In this document: positions 61,990-64,000 of the stretch, piece after piece | Position numbering within the stretch: the first letter of the stretch is position 1 | Layout of the letters: each line of letters opens with the position of its first letter | Assembly (NCBI GenBank): GCA_036172245.1 | Contig: JAYWIR010000004.1 | Span: 2,170,001-2,234,000, forward strand | Source of the DNA: Raillietiella orientalis | Taxonomy: Eukaryota | DNA length: 64,000 nucleotides | Reading direction: 5' to 3' | Made by a program: the position numbers and the translations under genes | The notes under the pieces: model-generated | The model's database searches: none | What the model saw: the letters and a program-made list of their open reading frames with translations, nothing else | Told to the model about the DNA's origin: nothing

Positions 61990-64000
61990 GTTTACTTTAC
62001 TCCTGGCTGTGATTCGAAGCTTTCGCAACAGAATTCTGCCTTCCCGTATGTGCAGTGGTCATTTCGTGCGACCCGTGTTTTCAACTTTCCCGGGATACGC
62101 GAATGAGAGACCCACTACGCGTTTCCCTGGCTCGGTTCGTTGCCATCCATCATTCAAGCATTCGATCTGTTGGTTCGACTCAAGAAATCCACTAAAGGGG
62201 AGTTTCACCTTTCTCTAGTTATAGCAGATACCAGGATCAATACATCATCACCCCAGGATTCATTTCTCCTTCGACTGTTCCAGGATCCTAGGTAGAGGTA
62301 CCAAGGTAGGCTTCAGATCCTCCTCAAGCCATGCACACTCATTCTCACATCTTCCTGACGCTGCATGCAACGGATATCCGAATGATACTACCCCCAGGTC
62401 GCATCACAAGGATTGCTTCCTCCACTTTCCTGATTCTTCTCAAATTCGTTTCACCGAATCAAGGAGCTCCTGTAATTCTTCTTCGAGTCAGTACCACACC
62501 TCCCCCTGCTGAATAAATGCTCCCGGGGCTTTATGAGCTGCCAACACTTTCCCAAGCCTTAGTTAATCTTCAATCTCCTGTGTGTCCACAGGGCAGTGGC
62601 GAGCAATCCTCCAGGCGAACCATCCATTCAGATGAGTTTACTCGTTTCTTCCGAGATCTTTTCTTTAAAGGTCAGGAGGTAGGTGTTTCCATTGAAAATT
62701 CCTTCCTAGGCGTCCTGCGAGCAAATCATTCTTTGAGCCTCATCCGAACCTTCCTCCAGAGAAAGGTGTTTCTTCTAAGCAATCCTTTATCTCAACATCT
62801 TCTTTTGTGCATCACTGAGATGTTGCCTCGTACACGCTGCGCCCCCTTTTGGCTTTGGACGGTCCACGGGGAGGTTTTGGCTTTCCGTCCGAATTCCTTT
62901 TCCCTATAAATTCACGCAACTAGTGAGATGTCCAGATTCCTAAGGCGAGGTTCTCTTGGGGAGATTCGGTCTCGACAGCTGCAGGTTGGAACCTAGATAT
63001 CGGCCAGCACCTTCGGAACTAACCCATACCAGGATAGTCACAGGCGGAGTCAACAGCCCCATTTCTTTTTCATGAATTCTTTTGGCTTCAAATCTTCCGT
63101 CGCAGAACGCCGCAGATCCCTTGACCTCATTCCAGAACGGGACTGCACACGAGGTCACGCAAGACCCGAAGAGTTCAAATCTCCATTGAGCACCAGAGCC
63201 GGTGGGAAGTGTGGGCATCCTTGATTCGTTATGTCCGAGAGTCTGGGGAGTACCTACACCACCTCACACAAACGCGGATGCACACGTGACCTCCAGCCTT
63301 AGGAAGCGTGTCTCACCTTGTCGGGTAGACTTCTGAAGAGTCCACAGCAAGATTCGGGCTTCATGGGGAGCATCGAAATGGGTTTCCGGATGTCACTATG
63401 TGATTTCATCCTCTGCGAGTCAACAGAGAACGCTTCCACGCGACAGCCTTCTATCCCAAGGACTCCGAAGACACACGGACCCCATACAAAGGTGGGAACT
63501 CCGTGAGAACCAGGAAGCGGAAGCAGCAGAGGATCATTAGCCAAAAAAAAAAGATGACGATCCCAGAGCATGTGCAACGAGGCCTGGAGGCATACTTCCA
63601 GGACATCCTTTCAGGGTTTTTCCAGCGAGACAGCGCCTGCAAACCTGAATGATCTTCAGTAGAAGAGCACCGATCCATCAATGCCCCCTATATTCAGTTG
63701 TCTTCCGTCTCTTTCGTTTGTTCATTGCAAGTCACCCTCTGCTGTTTTCATCTCTGCGGGCAAGCTGTGATTCATCACAAAGCACTCTGCTGACTCATTG
63801 CCGAGGTTGTCGTAAATCAAAGCATGAACGGCTGTGGACTCCTCCTGACAATGCTGTGGTTCTCGGAGTCACTTCATCAAAGACGGTAGCCCAACTGATG
63901 CCTCCAGTGTGTGTTCACAGGTTGTGGATGTTAGAGTACACTATTTCTTTTTTGACGTATTCCTCCTGACCCCTAGGGATCTGCAGCTCTTTCATTACTT
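61990..64000. mobile_element. GC-rich patchwork of decayed non-LTR retrotransposon fragments inside an NCX intron
   Basis: Visibly higher GC, many stops and frameshifts. Minus ~62500-62900 is ORF1-like (GIFNGNTYLLTFKE, KCWQLIKPREH). Plus ~63150-63650 is ORF2-linker-like (WEVWASLIRY, IPEHVQRGLEAYFQDILS). Minus ~63720-64000 is knuckle-like (HCQEESTAVHAL). Motif matches are weak. Confidence 0.45.

Overview
AT-rich, gene-dense animal genomic DNA. The drk/GRB2 protein is of the arthropod type (inference). Splicing the exons by hand gives eight full-length intron-rich genes: GRB2/drk (+), RBMX2 (-), NME7 (+), CLCC1-like (-), TTC26/IFT56 (+), ASAP ArfGAP (+), PRPF6 (-) and a GTSF1-like CHHC zinc-finger gene (-). 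The window also holds the 3' part of an NCX/SLC8 Na+/Ca2+ exchanger (-). Intergenic and intronic DNA carries decayed non-LTR retrotransposon pieces (L1/Tx1-like, I/Jockey-like) and unidentified decayed coding-like tracts. The main oddities are: (1) a ~250-bp bacterial, probably Wolbachia-derived insert (3' end of pdxH plus a palindromic repeat) about 100 nt upstream of the IFT56 start codon; (2) most of ~75 introns are only 37-54 nt, often with purine-rich acceptors, and three have GC donors; (3) extreme gene packing, with 35 nt between the ASAP and PRPF6 stops, 58 nt between the NME7 and CLCC1 stops, and an operon-like 144 nt from the GTSF1 stop to the PRPF6 ATG; (4) an NME7 whose first NDK domain has lost its phospho-histidine. 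Homology calls are from remembered family motifs, not database searches.
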